A DNA stretch of 61,482 bases, counting the filler, from Choristocarpus tenellus KU-1152 (lineage: Eukaryota; Protista; Phaeophyceae), in assembly GCA_964200185.2 (NCBI GenBank). It is 12 parts of 12 records of this genome, joined end to end, with 100 filler letters (N's around TTAATTAATTAA, not from the genome) between each part and the next. Parts side by side here need not be neighbours in the genome. Positions count along the whole stretch, not along the records: positions 56,703 to 61,482 come from CAXNAD020013088.1; 11 more parts are not named here. The stretch is one strand, 5' to 3'. The notes beneath the pieces are model-generated. The model saw only the letters and a list, made by a program, of their open reading frames with translations. It did no database searches and had not been told where the DNA came from. A program made the translations under genes and the position numbers. This document shows, in pieces, positions 61,001-61,482 of the stretch; the stretch's first letter is position 1; every line of letters starts with the position of its first letter.

Positions 61001-61482
61001 CCATCGCAGAAGCCCTCGCAGGGCCTGGTGCAGAACAGTGGAAGAAGGCAATGGAACAAGAAAGGGAGGGCCAACGAACCAAAGGAACCTTCCATGAGGG
61101 AGAGAGTCTGCCACCAGGGAGGAGACATGTCAAAGCCAGATTTATATTCAAAATAAAAAGGACTGCACATAGAGACATCGAAAGATACAAGGCCAGGCTG
61201 GTGGCACGGGGCTTTTCCCAACAAGAAGGGGTGGACTACTTCAGCACGTTTAGTCCAGTGGTGGGATTTGACGTGATTCGAGCAGTCCTGACTACAGCAG
61301 CTAACAGAAACTGGATCAACTCCCTAGACTTCACTCAAGCCTACCTGAACGCACGACTTCCTGAAGATGTATGGCTACAACTGCCCAATGGATCCATTGT
61401 AAAAGCTGCCAGGGCCATCTATGGCCTTAAGCAATCAGCAATGGAGTGGTACAAGGAGCTAAAGGGAACAAAGGGGGCACGC
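58070..61482 (+). mobile_element. Ty1/copia family 3 element nested in the gypsy remnant: 5' LTR 58070-58406, gag, PR, IN, RT (runs off window)
   Basis: TGTGCAAA...TTTGCACA LTR, zinc knuckle CGYCLRMNHRWQHC and protease ILCDSGANVH. Then WHNILGH..CETC, integrase TPQSNGIAER, and RT YKARLVARGFSQ, DFTQAYLNA, IYGLKQSAMEW. In-frame stops at 58738 and 59678. Confidence 0.96.
58407..58417 (+). promoter_or_regulatory. Primer-binding site GGTTATGAGCC (half-tRNA-iMet type)
   Basis: Directly abuts the LTR CA and differs by one base from the GGTTATGGGCC PBS of Drosophila copia-type elements. Confidence 0.8.

Noticed and set aside
1-61482. Endogenous giant virus, prophage or prokaryotic defence system; gene clustering across contigs
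   Set aside because: There are no dense intronless ORF blocks or viral hallmark genes, and neighbourhoods across linkers are artificial.

Overview
This is eukaryotic nuclear DNA, most likely from a brown alga or close stramenopile relative. The evidence is an LHCF fucoxanthin-chlorophyll protein tail, a bipartite plastid-targeting signal, intron-rich genes and flagellar proteins. The window is not contiguous: it is 12 contigs joined by an artificial 100-bp linker (44 N + TTAATTAATTAA + 44 N), so adjacency across linkers means nothing. It is dominated by transposons: several decayed Ty1/copia LTR elements, a Ty3/gypsy remnant, an RTE LINE, plant-type mariner, Tc1-like and PIF/Harbinger remnants, and at least four MITE families. 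Host genes I can reconstruct are an LHCF 3' end, a plastid NifU-C-like protein, a glycosyltransferase-like protein with an unrecognised Cys-rich repeat, a calcyphosin-like EF-hand gene with two GC-AG introns, an LC8-type dynein light chain and a PDZ-like protein. The most interesting signals are (1) a copia family whose primer-binding position is complementary to its own LTR rather than to a tRNA (candidate self-priming copia), (2) a 269-bp fold-back mini-element made of two U3 ends of a copia LTR with a near-perfect 5-bp TSD, (3) very abundant GAG...CTC MITEs with 4-bp TSDs (Sola2-like), (4) a Stowaway-like MITE carrying a near-perfect 112-bp hairpin, and (5) a CpG-decay signature in repeats. 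All calls come from reading the sequence by eye; no database searches were run.
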